Positions 1 through 8,439 of a stretch of DNA of 47,244 bases are shown piece by piece. The DNA lies in IMG/VR virus record IMGVR_UViG_3300037760_000081, positions 1-47,244 of that record; one strand, given 5' to 3'. Within the stretch, counting starts at the first letter, position 1; every line of letters starts with the position of its first letter. A program made the position numbers and the translations under genes. The stretch is from a virus (lineage: Duplodnaviria > Caudoviricetes). The notes beneath the pieces are model-generated. The model was not told where the DNA came from. It saw only the letters and a list, made by a program, of their open reading frames with translations, and searched no databases.

Positions 1-194
1 CTAGGGTGACTTTGGGGATTGGGCGGCGTGCCATGGCAACCTCTCCTAGTGTCGCGCTGGAAACGCAGGTTGCCGTATGCCATCATATCAGACATACGGG
101 AAAGTCGCGCAGAAACATGGAGTTCTCTGGGGTATCCCGACGTACCTGCATCTACCAGGCAATATTGACGTTGGTGACTAGCAGTTTTGACCCT
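1..194. repeat. Terminal overlap copy 1 (matches 47050..47244); circular contig
   Basis: Direct comparison: identical except GG at 68-69 vs GGG at 47117-47119; the overlap includes the 5' end of the integrase. Confidence 0.95.
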
Positions 195-282
195 AGGGGT
201 CATTTCGTCGTTTGTCAAGTCGATGCTTATCTATCCGGTCTGTACCTGAGCGTTTTACATGACCAGCGGTCCCCCGTTTGGC

Positions 283-604
283 TGACTTGCCAAGAGACCC
301 CCACCCCTGGTTAGCTCTTGGTCAGGTCACAGGCCGTCACCCTGGGAAGCGGGGGGCTCTCTTGTCCGGGAGCCAGGGCGGCGGCGGTGGCGCACTGAGG
401 GAGCGGGGCCGCTTGCGTCCGAGGGGCCGCAAGCGGCCCCTTCTCTCTCCACAGGCCAGGAGTGCGAAAACGGTGCGCATTCCTGATGGGGGGGTCGTCC
501 TCTAGGTGCGGGGCGGCCCCCCCGACTCGCCAGAGTCCAACCCGACAGCTCCCCTGAGAACTTCCTGATACCCTGACTCGGTTCGGAAACCTTAAGAGGG
601 GAGC
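283..604 (+). other. Highly structured non-coding leader upstream of the LPXTG gene
   Basis: Consecutive inverted repeats, e.g. GGGGCCGCTTGCG/CGCAAGCGGCCCC; GCTCCCCT (548-555) pairs with the RBS AGGGGAGC (597-604). Confidence 0.5.
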
Positions 605-608
605 CTTA

Positions 609-1529
609 GTGTTAAACAGATTCCGGCATGCCGTCGTAATTGCGGCGGCACTAACCATCGGGGGCATCCTGTCACCCCAGCCGGCGCAAGCCGAGTACGA
701 GCCCGGTATCACCGTGGACATCACCGCACTCAAGTGCGGGGCGGAAATCGTCTTCACGAATGACACCGAGTGGTACTTCTGGGGCGACTTCCGGGGGGCC
801 AACGATGTCGGGACTCCCGACTCCGAGCTGCCCCCCCTGCCGGCCGATCCGGTCGACTACGGCGACGCGCATGACCACGGGGTAGCGCCCGGTGACCGCA
901 TCAGCGAGGGACCGGCGGCCGGCAAGAGATTCGGGCGCCAGTTCAACCCCGTTCTACTCGCCCCCGGCGCACGGCGCGTCGTAGAGGTGGATGTGATGGA
1001 GCCGATGGCCGTGTGGGCGGCTGTCCTGCGGGGACCAGAACAGTCGCGGTACGTGCCGTGGCAGAAGCTGCGGGGCATCGAACCGTGCAGCGACCCGGGC
1101 GTGGTGTTCCGGGACCTCTGCGAGGGCACGTTGGTTTATCTCGCCAACGGCCCGGGGGCGTACGCCAACGCCCGTTTCCAGCTTGAGCCCACCATTGAGG
1201 GCGTGGCCGTGGTGGTGGAGCTGGAGCCGGGGCGCCACCCCGACCCGCTGTTCTACCCGGCGGATGCCGGCGCCATCGCTGTTACGGACCTGACCTCCGG
1301 TGAGGCGTTCGTGCACCAGTGGACCTTCCCGGAGGAGTGCGAGGAGGACCCTTCCACTCCGCCTGTGGGCGACGAGGAGCCGGACACCGAACCGGTGCCG
1401 GTGGGGGAACTGCCGGAGACCGGCAACTCACCGCTAGTGCCGCTGGTGGCCGGCGGTCTCGTGGCTCTGGCCCTGGGTGGCGGGCTCTACCTGTTCGCCC
1501 GGCGGCGTCGGATCACGTTCGGGGCCTGA
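609..1529 (+). CDS. Sortase-anchored (LPXTG) cell-surface protein
   Basis: N-terminal signal peptide ending AQA, acidic Pro-rich stalk, LPETG, transmembrane helix and RRRR tail; RBS AGGGGAG. Confidence 0.88.
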   Translation: MLNRFRHAVVIAAALTIGGILSPQPAQAEYEPGITVDITALKCGAEIVFTNDTEWYFWGDFRGANDVGTPDSELPPLPADPVDYGDAHDHGVAPGDRISEGPAAGKRFGRQFNPVLLAPGARRVVEVDVMEPMAVWAAVLRGPEQSRYVPWQKLRGIEPCSDPGVVFRDLCEGTLVYLANGPGAYANARFQLEPTIEGVAVVVELEPGRHPDPLFYPADAGAIAVTDLTSGEAFVHQWTFPEECEEDPSTPPVGDEEPDTEPVPVGELPETGNSPLVPLVAGGLVALALGGGLYLFARRRRITFGA

Positions 1530-1640
1530 CCGTTGAGAAGCTGGTCGGGTTAGGCTGCCTGGTGGTGGGCGCAGTTGCGCTAATACTGCTGGGGAGATCA
1601 ACAACTAAATAGTCAGGTGTAGAGGTTTCGCACGCGCAGG

Positions 1641-1670
1641 AGAGAGGGGGGCCAGCGGCCCCCCTCTCTT
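1641..1670 (+). terminator. Intrinsic terminator
   Basis: AGAGAGGGGGGCC/GGCCCCCCTCTCT stem downstream of the LPXTG gene. Confidence 0.65.
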
Positions 1671-1692
1671 CGCGCCTGGCGGCCCCGAATCG

Positions 1693-1721
1693 TTGACAGG
1701 TCGCCTCCGCTGGGTGAGAAT
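1693..1721 (+). promoter_or_regulatory. Sigma70/HrdB-type promoter
   Basis: TTGACA-N17-GAGAAT, followed by a ~90-nt hairpin (1722-1813) and an RBS. Confidence 0.55.
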
Positions 1722-1949
1722 CGGGGACAGGACCAAGGGGGAGGCCGGGGAGCGGATGGCGCCCCCCTTGGGGACGGGGATGCAGCCGCCCCGGCCTCCC
1801 TTGTCCAGCCCCGCAGGACAGGGAGGTTCGATGATCGTTTTCGTTGAGGGTTGGCTTCGCCGCATCATTGGCCGCCGGCTGCCGGCGCCACACGACCCGC
1901 GCCAGCGTCACACTTGGGCGAGTCTGGTCAGCGACAGGGGGTGGCTCTG

Positions 1950-2240
1950 ATGCCTAACCCGCTGGTCATTCTCGAAGAGCGGGACCGGGGAAAAACCTGG
2001 AAACCGGTTGATTCCAACGCCCCGGCCCGGGTCGTGATACGGCTACTGCCGAGCACGGCAGAGCCTATCGAGAGCCACCCGGACTGGATAGTGTGCTCCG
2101 GGTGGCAGGAGCGGGAACCCGGCCCCCGGTACACCGCTGTCTGGCTGCTCAAGAGGATTGCGCCTCAAGTCGTTAAGGATGCGGCGGTGCGGGTGCGCAA
2201 AAACCGGCAACGACACGAGACCGCCTACCGGTCACGGTAG
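1950..2240 (+). CDS. Hypothetical protein
   Basis: ORF with ATG overlapping the stop (TGATG) of a small ORF at 1831..1950. Confidence 0.6.
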   Translation: MPNPLVILEERDRGKTWKPVDSNAPARVVIRLLPSTAEPIESHPDWIVCSGWQEREPGPRYTAVWLLKRIAPQVVKDAAVRVRKNRQRHETAYRSR

Positions 2241-2282
2241 ATTTCTGGACCACTCTAGGGGACGCGCCTACGGCACGTCCCC

Positions 2283-2444
2283 TTAATGCTGCTCATGGTC
2301 ATCGGGCCTTGGCCGCCCGTCCCGTTCCAGGTCTTCCCTCGCCCACCGGGCTACAAGCCACGCGGCCACCGCGCCAATGAGCAGGCAGCCACCGAGGAAA
2401 GCCCCGGCGCCAATGAGCAGGTCACCTAAGATTCTTTCCGCCAT
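2283..2444 (-). CDS. Small membrane protein
   Basis: MAERILGDLLIGAGAFLGGCLLIGAVAAWLV hydrophobic helix; RBS GGGAAG. Confidence 0.55.
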   Translation of the reverse strand: MAERILGDLLIGAGAFLGGCLLIGAVAAWLVARWAREDLERDGRPRPDDHEQH

Positions 2445-2625
2445 TGTTGCTGCCCACTTCCCGCCATGCCACGATCTGCGGCGCCCCGTCAACCCAGGTA
2501 ATCACCGGCTCCGGAGCGGCGAATCGGAACCGCCCGGAAGCGGCGACAGTCCATCCAGCGTACACGGCGGCCCGGATCAGCTCGGCCACCTGCTCACGGC
2601 TATAACCCCCGTCAGGCTGTCTCAC
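2422..2625 (-). CDS. Hypothetical protein
   Basis: Tightly packed ORF in the leftward operon. Confidence 0.45.
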   Translation of the reverse strand: MRQPDGGYSREQVAELIRAAVYAGWTVAASGRFRFAAPEPVITWVDGAPQIVAWREVGSNNGGKNLR

Positions 2626-2631
2626 CGGCGC

Positions 2632-2877
2632 TCACCGGCTCCATCCCTTTTCCATCAGTTCTTCGATTACGCCCACCCGGTACCGGTAGTGCCCGCTGGG
2701 CAGGCGCACGACGGCGGCAAAGAAAGGGTCTGGGGCCAACTTCGGGTCAACCCTGCATGCCTCGTGTCGTTCGATTGCCGCGTTACGCCAGCGGGCTAGC
2801 GTGGACCGGTTTATCCGCAACCGCTTGCACAGCTCGTGTGGCATGTAGAGCGGTTCCGGTTCGAGCATTTGCGTCAT
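2632..2877 (-). CDS. Excisionase/MerR-like winged HTH DNA-binding protein
   Basis: EPLYMPHELCKRLRINRSTLARWR...RLPSGHYRY resembles the Xis/BldC-type HTH. Confidence 0.7.
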   Translation of the reverse strand: MTQMLEPEPLYMPHELCKRLRINRSTLARWRNAAIERHEACRVDPKLAPDPFFAAVVRLPSGHYRYRVGVIEELMEKGWSR

Positions 2878-3290
2878 CGCTTTGCCCCGGGGGTTTTCAG
2901 AAGATGCACTATGGTGGCAACCACCGAACGCATTATGATGCAAAGCATTTTGTATTGCTCGGAACCGGGCAGCTTTTCCTTAGACCACTCGGCAATGATG
3001 CGGTTGCACGTGCCCTCGTCGTCGCACAGTAGGGCACGCACGTAATGCGAAATCTCGTCGCGGCGCTCGTATCCGGGCTCGGGCTGGACAATGTCATCGT
3101 CTAACAGCTCAACGTAATCCAGCGTCTGGCCCATTCCCGCAAGAGTGGCGACAAGTAGGGCCGCAAGGCGGGGGTGTCGTGCGTAGTCCGTGATCTGTTC
3201 CTCGGCGGCCGTCAGATCGCCTTTCACGTAAAGGGCGATCATGTTGGTTGCTATCTTGTCTATGTCCGCGACCGTTAGTGCAATGACCAT
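2874..3290 (-). CDS. Hypothetical helical protein
   Basis: ORF overlapping the HicA-like gene and coupled by ATGA to the Xis-like gene. Confidence 0.65.
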   Translation of the reverse strand: MVIALTVADIDKIATNMIALYVKGDLTAAEEQITDYARHPRLAALLVATLAGMGQTLDYVELLDDDIVQPEPGYERRDEISHYVRALLCDDEGTCNRIIAEWSKEKLPGSEQYKMLCIIMRSVVATIVHLLKTPGAKR

Positions 3291-3631
3291 GGAATTTCCC
3301 TCATCATGCAGTTGAGCGCGTTCAGCTCTTTCTCGCGCCGCACGTTCACCGGTTCGGCCGGCGGGATCACCGCTTGACGCCGGGGGCGTGGGGCGGACTT
3401 GACCCGGCGTTGCCCTATCCGGGCTGGCGCGCCCCGGCGGGTCAGCCCTAGCTGGCGCCGGATTACCGCCTCGGTGTTCGCTAGCGCCCGACCCTCGCCG
3501 GGGGTACTGGACACGACGACAGGACGGCTCAGGGTTCGGTGGTAGGCGCGCAGGTGTGATCCGCCCGTCTGTTCCACCCTGTGAAAGCCGTACTCCCGCA
3601 ACAGCGCGTACAGCTCAGCCCTGGTCGACAT
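3275..3631 (-). CDS. HicA-like mRNA interferase domain protein
   Basis: LLREYGFHRVEQTGGSHLRAYH...VVVSSTP matches the HicA dsRBD-like GSH motif; basic C-terminal extension. Confidence 0.65.
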   Translation of the reverse strand: MSTRAELYALLREYGFHRVEQTGGSHLRAYHRTLSRPVVVSSTPGEGRALANTEAVIRRQLGLTRRGAPARIGQRRVKSAPRPRRQAVIPPAEPVNVRREKELNALNCMMREIPWSLH

Positions 3632-3773
3632 GTGACCTCCGCCTCCGGGCCTGGATTTTCCGCCGATTGTCGTCCGCCACAGATGGCGGTTTGTGCTGGC
3701 AATCGCACCAGGTGCTACCGGGGCACTCTTGGTGTCTGTTTTCGTTGCCTGGGCGGCAGGAATGACAGATCAT
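3615..3773 (-). CDS. Small Cys/His-rich putative zinc-binding protein
   Basis: Hand translation MICHSCRPGNENRHQECPGSTWCDCQHK...; ATGA coupling. Confidence 0.55.
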   Translation of the reverse strand: MICHSCRPGNENRHQECPGSTWCDCQHKPPSVADDNRRKIQARRRRSHVDQG

Positions 3774-3931
3774 TGCCCTGCCCACATTGCCCAACCCGCA
3801 GCGGCGGTAAAGAACGCCACGAACAGGGCGCCTACCGACAGGATGACCGCGACGAGGGCGGCCACCCTTGCCATCGGGTCAACCCCGGAGTGCTCATCCG
3901 GTATTGGATCGCGTTTCTCTTTCGCCTTCAT
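3770..3931 (-). CDS. Small membrane protein
   Basis: Hand translation MKAKEKRDPIPDEHSGVDPMARVAALVAVILSVGALFVAFFTAAAGWAMWAGQ. Confidence 0.55.
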   Translation of the reverse strand: MKAKEKRDPIPDEHSGVDPMARVAALVAVILSVGALFVAFFTAAAGWAMWAGQ

Positions 3932-4047
3932 GTTTCACCCCGTGCCTTTGGCCAGCTCGGAGGTAGTACGGCTACGGCCATGCTCCCCCGGCACATCCCC
4001 TTAGCCCCCCAACGAGGGGGTTGATCTTCGGGCTACCGCCCGCGCTA

Positions 4048-4063
4048 TGTGACGCAGGTCACA
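4048..4063. promoter_or_regulatory. CRP/GlxR-family binding site
   Basis: TGTGA-CGCAGG-TCACA, perfect consensus, in a divergent intergenic. Confidence 0.65.
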
Positions 4064-4149
4064 TTGTGATCGTTTGGCTGCGGACAGTGACCAAAATCGT
4101 CACTCTGGGTAGTGGCTACGGAGCAACCCGTTAAACAAGGGGGACACCT

Positions 4150-4341
4150 GTGGCCAATCTGCTACCGCCGCACCTCAGCTACTCGGCGCTCACGGACTAC
4201 ACCAAGTGCGGCAAGCTCTACCAGCTCAACCGGGTACTGAAACTCCCGGAGCGGCCCGCCTGGTGGAGCCTCGGCGGTCGCGCCGTCCATGCGGCGACCG
4301 AGGCACACGACAGGCGCCTCTTCGCCACCATCGGCGTGTGA
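4150..4341 (+). CDS. Cas4/RecB-like PD-(D/E)XK exonuclease, N-terminal part
   Basis: HLSYSALTDYTKCGKLYQL...WWSLGGRAVHAATE is the typical N-terminal motif. Confidence 0.75.
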   Translation: MANLLPPHLSYSALTDYTKCGKLYQLNRVLKLPERPAWWSLGGRAVHAATEAHDRRLFATIGV

Positions 4342-4344
4342 CCC

Positions 4345-5046
4345 ATGGGACACATCACGCCAGCGGCAGCAGGGCTATTCGCCGACGCTTTCAACGCTGA
4401 ACTGTCCGATGCCGTAGAGGGCGGGCTAAACCCGGCTGAGTTTAGGGCAGGCGGCAAGCGGGTCACCAAGGCCAACCCCGACCCGGCCGGGGAGGACGAA
4501 ACGTGGTGGCGCCGCGAAGGACCCCAGATGGTACAGGCGTGGATCGACTGGCGGACCAGGTACCGGTGGCGGGTGTGGGCAGCCCCCCCGGACGGAGACC
4601 CGGCGGTAGAGCTGGGCATCGTCACAGAGATCGCGGGTATGCCACTCAAAATGGTAATCGACCGGGTAATGGTAATTCCCGGCTCCGAAACCCTCTGTAT
4701 TGTCGACCTTAAGGCCGGCGCCCGCACACCAGAATCAGACCTACAGTTGGGTGTCTACCGGCTCGGGTTATGGCGACAATATGGGCTGTCCGTCGACTAC
4801 GGCGCCTACTGGATGGCCCGCAAAGGCGAACTGAGCGAAATCGTCAACCTCACCCGGTTCACGGAGTTTGCACTCGGTAACTGGTTTGCCAGCCTGCGTC
4901 GCGGCATTGAGGCGCAGGTGTTCATCCCCCACCTGACGTCAATGTGCCGCGCGTGTGGGCACAACCGCTTCTGCCTTGCGTTCGGTGGCGACCTGGCACA
5001 CCTGGACCCTGACCACCCGCAGCACAAAAAGGAGGAGACGAAGTGA
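4345..5046 (+). CDS. Cas4/RecB-like PD-(D/E)XK exonuclease, catalytic part
   Basis: IDRV...IVDLKAG...QLGVY and C-terminal CRACGHNRFC Fe-S cysteines. Confidence 0.85.
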   Translation: MGHITPAAAGLFADAFNAELSDAVEGGLNPAEFRAGGKRVTKANPDPAGEDETWWRREGPQMVQAWIDWRTRYRWRVWAAPPDGDPAVELGIVTEIAGMPLKMVIDRVMVIPGSETLCIVDLKAGARTPESDLQLGVYRLGLWRQYGLSVDYGAYWMARKGELSEIVNLTRFTEFALGNWFASLRRGIEAQVFIPHLTSMCRACGHNRFCLAFGGDLAHLDPDHPQHKKEETK

Positions 5047-5417
5047 CCGAACCAATCCACCTGGACACTCCAACCGTACTCAAGGTATTGGAGGAATGCG
5101 TCCGGGATCGCGGCCCCGACTACGTGTACCGGGCTGTTCACAACGTATGCCTGTATTGGCACGGAGACGAAGACGCGCCCGGGTGCATTGTCGGCCTGGC
5201 GTTATACAAGCTGGGCGTTTCGGCAGACGAGCTTCGCACGCACAACAGCATAGATGCAGCGGCCATTCTGTCACAGCTCAGGGAGTCCGGCACGGTCACC
5301 TACACGGGCGAGGCGCTACACCTACTCCTGTCCGTCCAGTCTGACCAGGACATCGGCATTCCGTGGGGCACGGCACTGGCAGACGCATACCACTACCTGG
5401 AATTGGAGCACGCATGA
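5043..5417 (+). CDS. Hypothetical phage protein
   Basis: Coupled ORF with RBS GGAGG; CLY...PGCIVG motif. Confidence 0.7.
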   Translation: MTEPIHLDTPTVLKVLEECVRDRGPDYVYRAVHNVCLYWHGDEDAPGCIVGLALYKLGVSADELRTHNSIDAAAILSQLRESGTVTYTGEALHLLLSVQSDQDIGIPWGTALADAYHYLELEHA

Positions 5418-5845
5418 CCGACGAATACACCTACCAAGTTTCCGTCAAGTTTGGCGGGCACGACGAATCCATGGTGAACCTTCGCGCAGGAACGGAGCAG
5501 GAACTTGACACGCGCCTTCGGTATCTCATCGACAATGCGGGCACTATCGTCCTGGCTGCGGACACGCTACGTGCCACTGCTGTGGAACGTCAGCCTATGG
5601 CTGCCGCTACTGCCAGTACACCGCATGCCCACAACTACGGGGCGCAGGTACCTCAGCAGCCACCCGGCGGGCCGCCGCCGCCTCCTGCTCAGCCCGCATA
5701 TCAGCCACAACCAGCCGCCCCCACCTGTGCCCACGGGCCAATGATCTACAAGTCGGGCGTGTCCAAGACCAGCCGCAAGCCGTACTCGGCCCACTTCTGC
5801 CCGGCACCACAGGACCAGCCACGGTGCGCCCCGGTGTGGGGCTGA
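5414..5845 (+). CDS. Phage protein with Pro/Gln linker and C-terminal zinc-binding domain
   Basis: PTCAHGPM...KPYSAHFCP...RCAP; ATGA coupling. Confidence 0.7.
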   Translation: MTDEYTYQVSVKFGGHDESMVNLRAGTEQELDTRLRYLIDNAGTIVLAADTLRATAVERQPMAAATASTPHAHNYGAQVPQQPPGGPPPPPAQPAYQPQPAAPTCAHGPMIYKSGVSKTSRKPYSAHFCPAPQDQPRCAPVWG

Positions 5846-5894
5846 CGTGTCGAACACGTTCATTCCAGGCTCTCTACTTCGGACAGGAGAAACG

Positions 5895-6653
5895 ATGGCC
5901 GACAAGTACCCGACCTTTCCGAAAATCCCCCGGTGGAACCGTGAAGTGGTCCTGACGGAGAAGCTGGACGGCACCAACGGCCTGGTGGCGGTGTGCCCGC
6001 CGGAGTCCAACTGGCAGGACCAGCTCACCGGGCGCACCCATCCGCCACGGTTCCGCATTCTGCCGGACGGTTGGCAGGTGGCGGCCGGTTCCCGCAAGCG
6101 TTGGCTGAACCCGAATTCTGACAACTTCGGGTTTGCCCAGTGGGTGTGGGACCACGCCGAAGACCTGGCATCGCTTGGCCCCGGCTGCCATTATGGCGAA
6201 TGGTACGGCAAGGGCATCCAGCGCGGCTATGGGCTACCCGACCGGCGGTTCGCCCTGTTCAACGTTTCCCGGTGGGAAGACCCGGACATTAGGCCACCCG
6301 GTGTTGAGGTGGTGACTGTGCTGTCCCGCTGTGACGCCCGGGAACTGTCCGATGTACTCGGCTTCTGGCTCAAGATGCTGGAATCCGAGGGCTCTAGCCA
6401 TGTCCCCGGATTCGCGCGCCCGGAGGGGGTTGTTCTCTACCACACCGCCGGAGGCAGCCTCTACAAGGTGACGTTGGAAGGCGACGAGGCCAAGACGCCG
6501 GAAGGCTTCGTGGTTAAGTCGGCAGGCGGCCAGAGGGACATTGGGCTCAGTCCGGAGCAGCAGGCGGCTGAGGCGCTGAACAACTGGACCAACAAGAACT
6601 GGCAGCCGAGACCAGTTGGCGTCGACCAGTTTGTGACAACGTTGGCGGCCTAG
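5895..6653 (+). CDS. RNA ligase (Rnl2-like nucleotidyltransferase)
   Basis: Motif I TEKLDGTN, plus YGEWYG, FALFN and EGVV motifs. Confidence 0.85.
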   Translation: MADKYPTFPKIPRWNREVVLTEKLDGTNGLVAVCPPESNWQDQLTGRTHPPRFRILPDGWQVAAGSRKRWLNPNSDNFGFAQWVWDHAEDLASLGPGCHYGEWYGKGIQRGYGLPDRRFALFNVSRWEDPDIRPPGVEVVTVLSRCDARELSDVLGFWLKMLESEGSSHVPGFARPEGVVLYHTAGGSLYKVTLEGDEAKTPEGFVVKSAGGQRDIGLSPEQQAAEALNNWTNKNWQPRPVGVDQFVTTLAA

Positions 6654-7487
6654 ATGCCGGTGTCTCTGCTGCGGGCGGCCAGCGCTACGCAAGCGGGGCA
6701 ACTGCCAGACCCGTTTCCCGGGCTCGGCAGTAGCAGGTTCGAGGTCCATCTCCGGCGGGGGCAACTGGCGATGTTGGCCGGACCACCGGGGGCGGGGAAA
6801 ACGATGGTTGCGCTTATCGCCGCATTGCGGATGGGGGTTCCCACCTTGTACGTGTCCGCAGATAGTGACGAGTGGACGATGGCGGCCCGTGCGGCGGCTG
6901 CCATCACCGGACACCCGACAAAAAGCATAGAGGAGGTGATTAAGCATGGTCTATACGCTGACGAATACGGCGCCGTCGTGTCTGCTCTACCCGTCAGGTT
7001 CGTTTTCGAGCCCTCTGAACCGTCTGTGGAAGACTTGGCCCGTGCCCTCACTGCATGGCTGGAAGTTGAGGGCAGCCCGCCGCATCTGGTCATCGTAGAC
7101 AACCTGATGAACGTACGCGCCGACGAGGGGAACGAATGGACCGCCATGCGGCAGGTCACAAAGGACCTGCATTGGCTGGCACGCAGTTCTAAAGCCTGTG
7201 TCCTGGTGCTGCATCACACCAGCGAACAAGACTCGGGGCACATTACCTCGGCTCCGCCGAGGTCAGCGATCCAGGGGAAAGTGGCGCAGTTGCCGGCTCT
7301 GATCCTGACCATTGCCAACAATCCTACAACAGGGGAAATGTGGGTGGCGGTTGTTAAGAATCGGCACGGACTGTCCGATCCGCATGCACGCAACCCCCTC
7401 CGGTGGGAAATAGATTTCACCCGCTGTCAGATCAACGATTCGATACCTAAGGGGTGGATTGTCAATGACCACTATGCACAACGGTAA
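6654..7487 (+). CDS. DnaB/RecA-family replicative helicase
   Basis: Walker A GPPGAGKT, Walker B VIVDNL, LHH and VKNRHG arginine finger. Confidence 0.88.
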   Translation: MPVSLLRAASATQAGQLPDPFPGLGSSRFEVHLRRGQLAMLAGPPGAGKTMVALIAALRMGVPTLYVSADSDEWTMAARAAAAITGHPTKSIEEVIKHGLYADEYGAVVSALPVRFVFEPSEPSVEDLARALTAWLEVEGSPPHLVIVDNLMNVRADEGNEWTAMRQVTKDLHWLARSSKACVLVLHHTSEQDSGHITSAPPRSAIQGKVAQLPALILTIANNPTTGEMWVAVVKNRHGLSDPHARNPLRWEIDFTRCQINDSIPKGWIVNDHYAQR

Positions 7488-7788
7488 AACGGTGTGGCAT
7501 GAGCGGTTCTACCTTTACAGGCAGACTGACCCGGTAGGGGTGTCCGGCACGGGGGTAGTGGCGGAGGGGGTGAGGTTTGAGGATGGCCGATGCGTTATCC
7601 GCTGGTGCGTTCCCGGTAAGCCAAGGTCGACTTCCGAGTTTGATTCTATCGTGGAACTTATGGAGATCACCGGCCACGGTGGGTCAACTGTTGTCATGTG
7701 GCTGGATACCACCGAGGAGCCGCCGGAGGACCAGGCCGGCGTGACGGTTCACGGCAAGGCGACCGCCAGCCTGGGCGCCCTGGTGTGA
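7465..7788 (+). CDS. Conserved actinophage hypothetical protein
   Basis: DPVGVSGTGVVAEGVRFEDG...GHGG motif. Confidence 0.75.
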   Translation: MTTMHNGKTVWHERFYLYRQTDPVGVSGTGVVAEGVRFEDGRCVIRWCVPGKPRSTSEFDSIVELMEITGHGGSTVVMWLDTTEEPPEDQAGVTVHGKATASLGALV

Positions 7789-8267
7789 GCCGCAAACAGC
7801 GGGGCATGCGGACACAGGCGTTGCTGGCAAGAACCTGGCAGTCCAACGGCTTGTTTCCGCACTGCACCGATACCGGCGCAGGCCGACCCGGTAGAGACCT
7901 GCTGAACACCCCGGGCCTGTTCGTGGAAGTCAAGGCTCGGGGGTTGGTGAGCTTGCCGGCGACGCTGACCAAGGCGGAACAGGACAAGGAGGCCGGCGAG
8001 CTGGCCATAGTGGTTTGGCGGCACAACGGCCAGGGGGAGAAGTCGATCGGCCGGTGGACCGTGACGATGCGGCTGAGCGACTTCCAGGAGTTGTGGGTTT
8101 ATCGGGAACTGATGAGGAGGGCAGGGACAAGTGGCGAGTTCGACAATCGAGTACGGACGCCGGCCAGTGGTGCGAGAAATGCGAACGGGGGTGAATCTTC
8201 GGTTAAGCAACGAGGAGGCGGTAACGCTCGCAACGGTTCTGCGTCAGGTGTCCGGCGACCGCGCTAA
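7785..8267 (+). CDS. Holliday junction resolvase-like PD-(D/E)XK nuclease
   Basis: RKQRGMRTQ...GRDLL...VEVKAR; GTGA coupling. Confidence 0.75.
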   Translation: MSRKQRGMRTQALLARTWQSNGLFPHCTDTGAGRPGRDLLNTPGLFVEVKARGLVSLPATLTKAEQDKEAGELAIVVWRHNGQGEKSIGRWTVTMRLSDFQELWVYRELMRRAGTSGEFDNRVRTPASGARNANGGESSVKQRGGGNARNGSASGVRRPR

Positions 8268-8439
8268 CAGCGCCCGGCTGCACGCAGGCGCTATCAGTAG
8301 CGCCCTTGCCGATGCTGCGATACCGCACATTTCCCTTTACCACGGCGCCGGGAGCGGTCAGGTGCACCTAACTCCCGAGTCCCTGGAGGAGATCAACGAG
8401 GTGGCGGCTGACATCGCACGCATGGAGGTGGCGCAGTGA
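8131..8439 (+). CDS. Hypothetical protein
   Basis: ORF coupled to the next gene. Confidence 0.6.
   Translation: MASSTIEYGRRPVVREMRTGVNLRLSNEEAVTLATVLRQVSGDRANSARLHAGAISSALADAAIPHISLYHGAGSGQVHLTPESLEEINEVAADIARMEVAQ

Noticed and set aside
1-194. Terminal repeat as a biological direct terminal repeat or attL/attR
   Set aside because: It cuts through the int start and differs by one homopolymer base, so it is more simply an untrimmed circular-assembly overlap. It also warns that single-base indel errors may exist.
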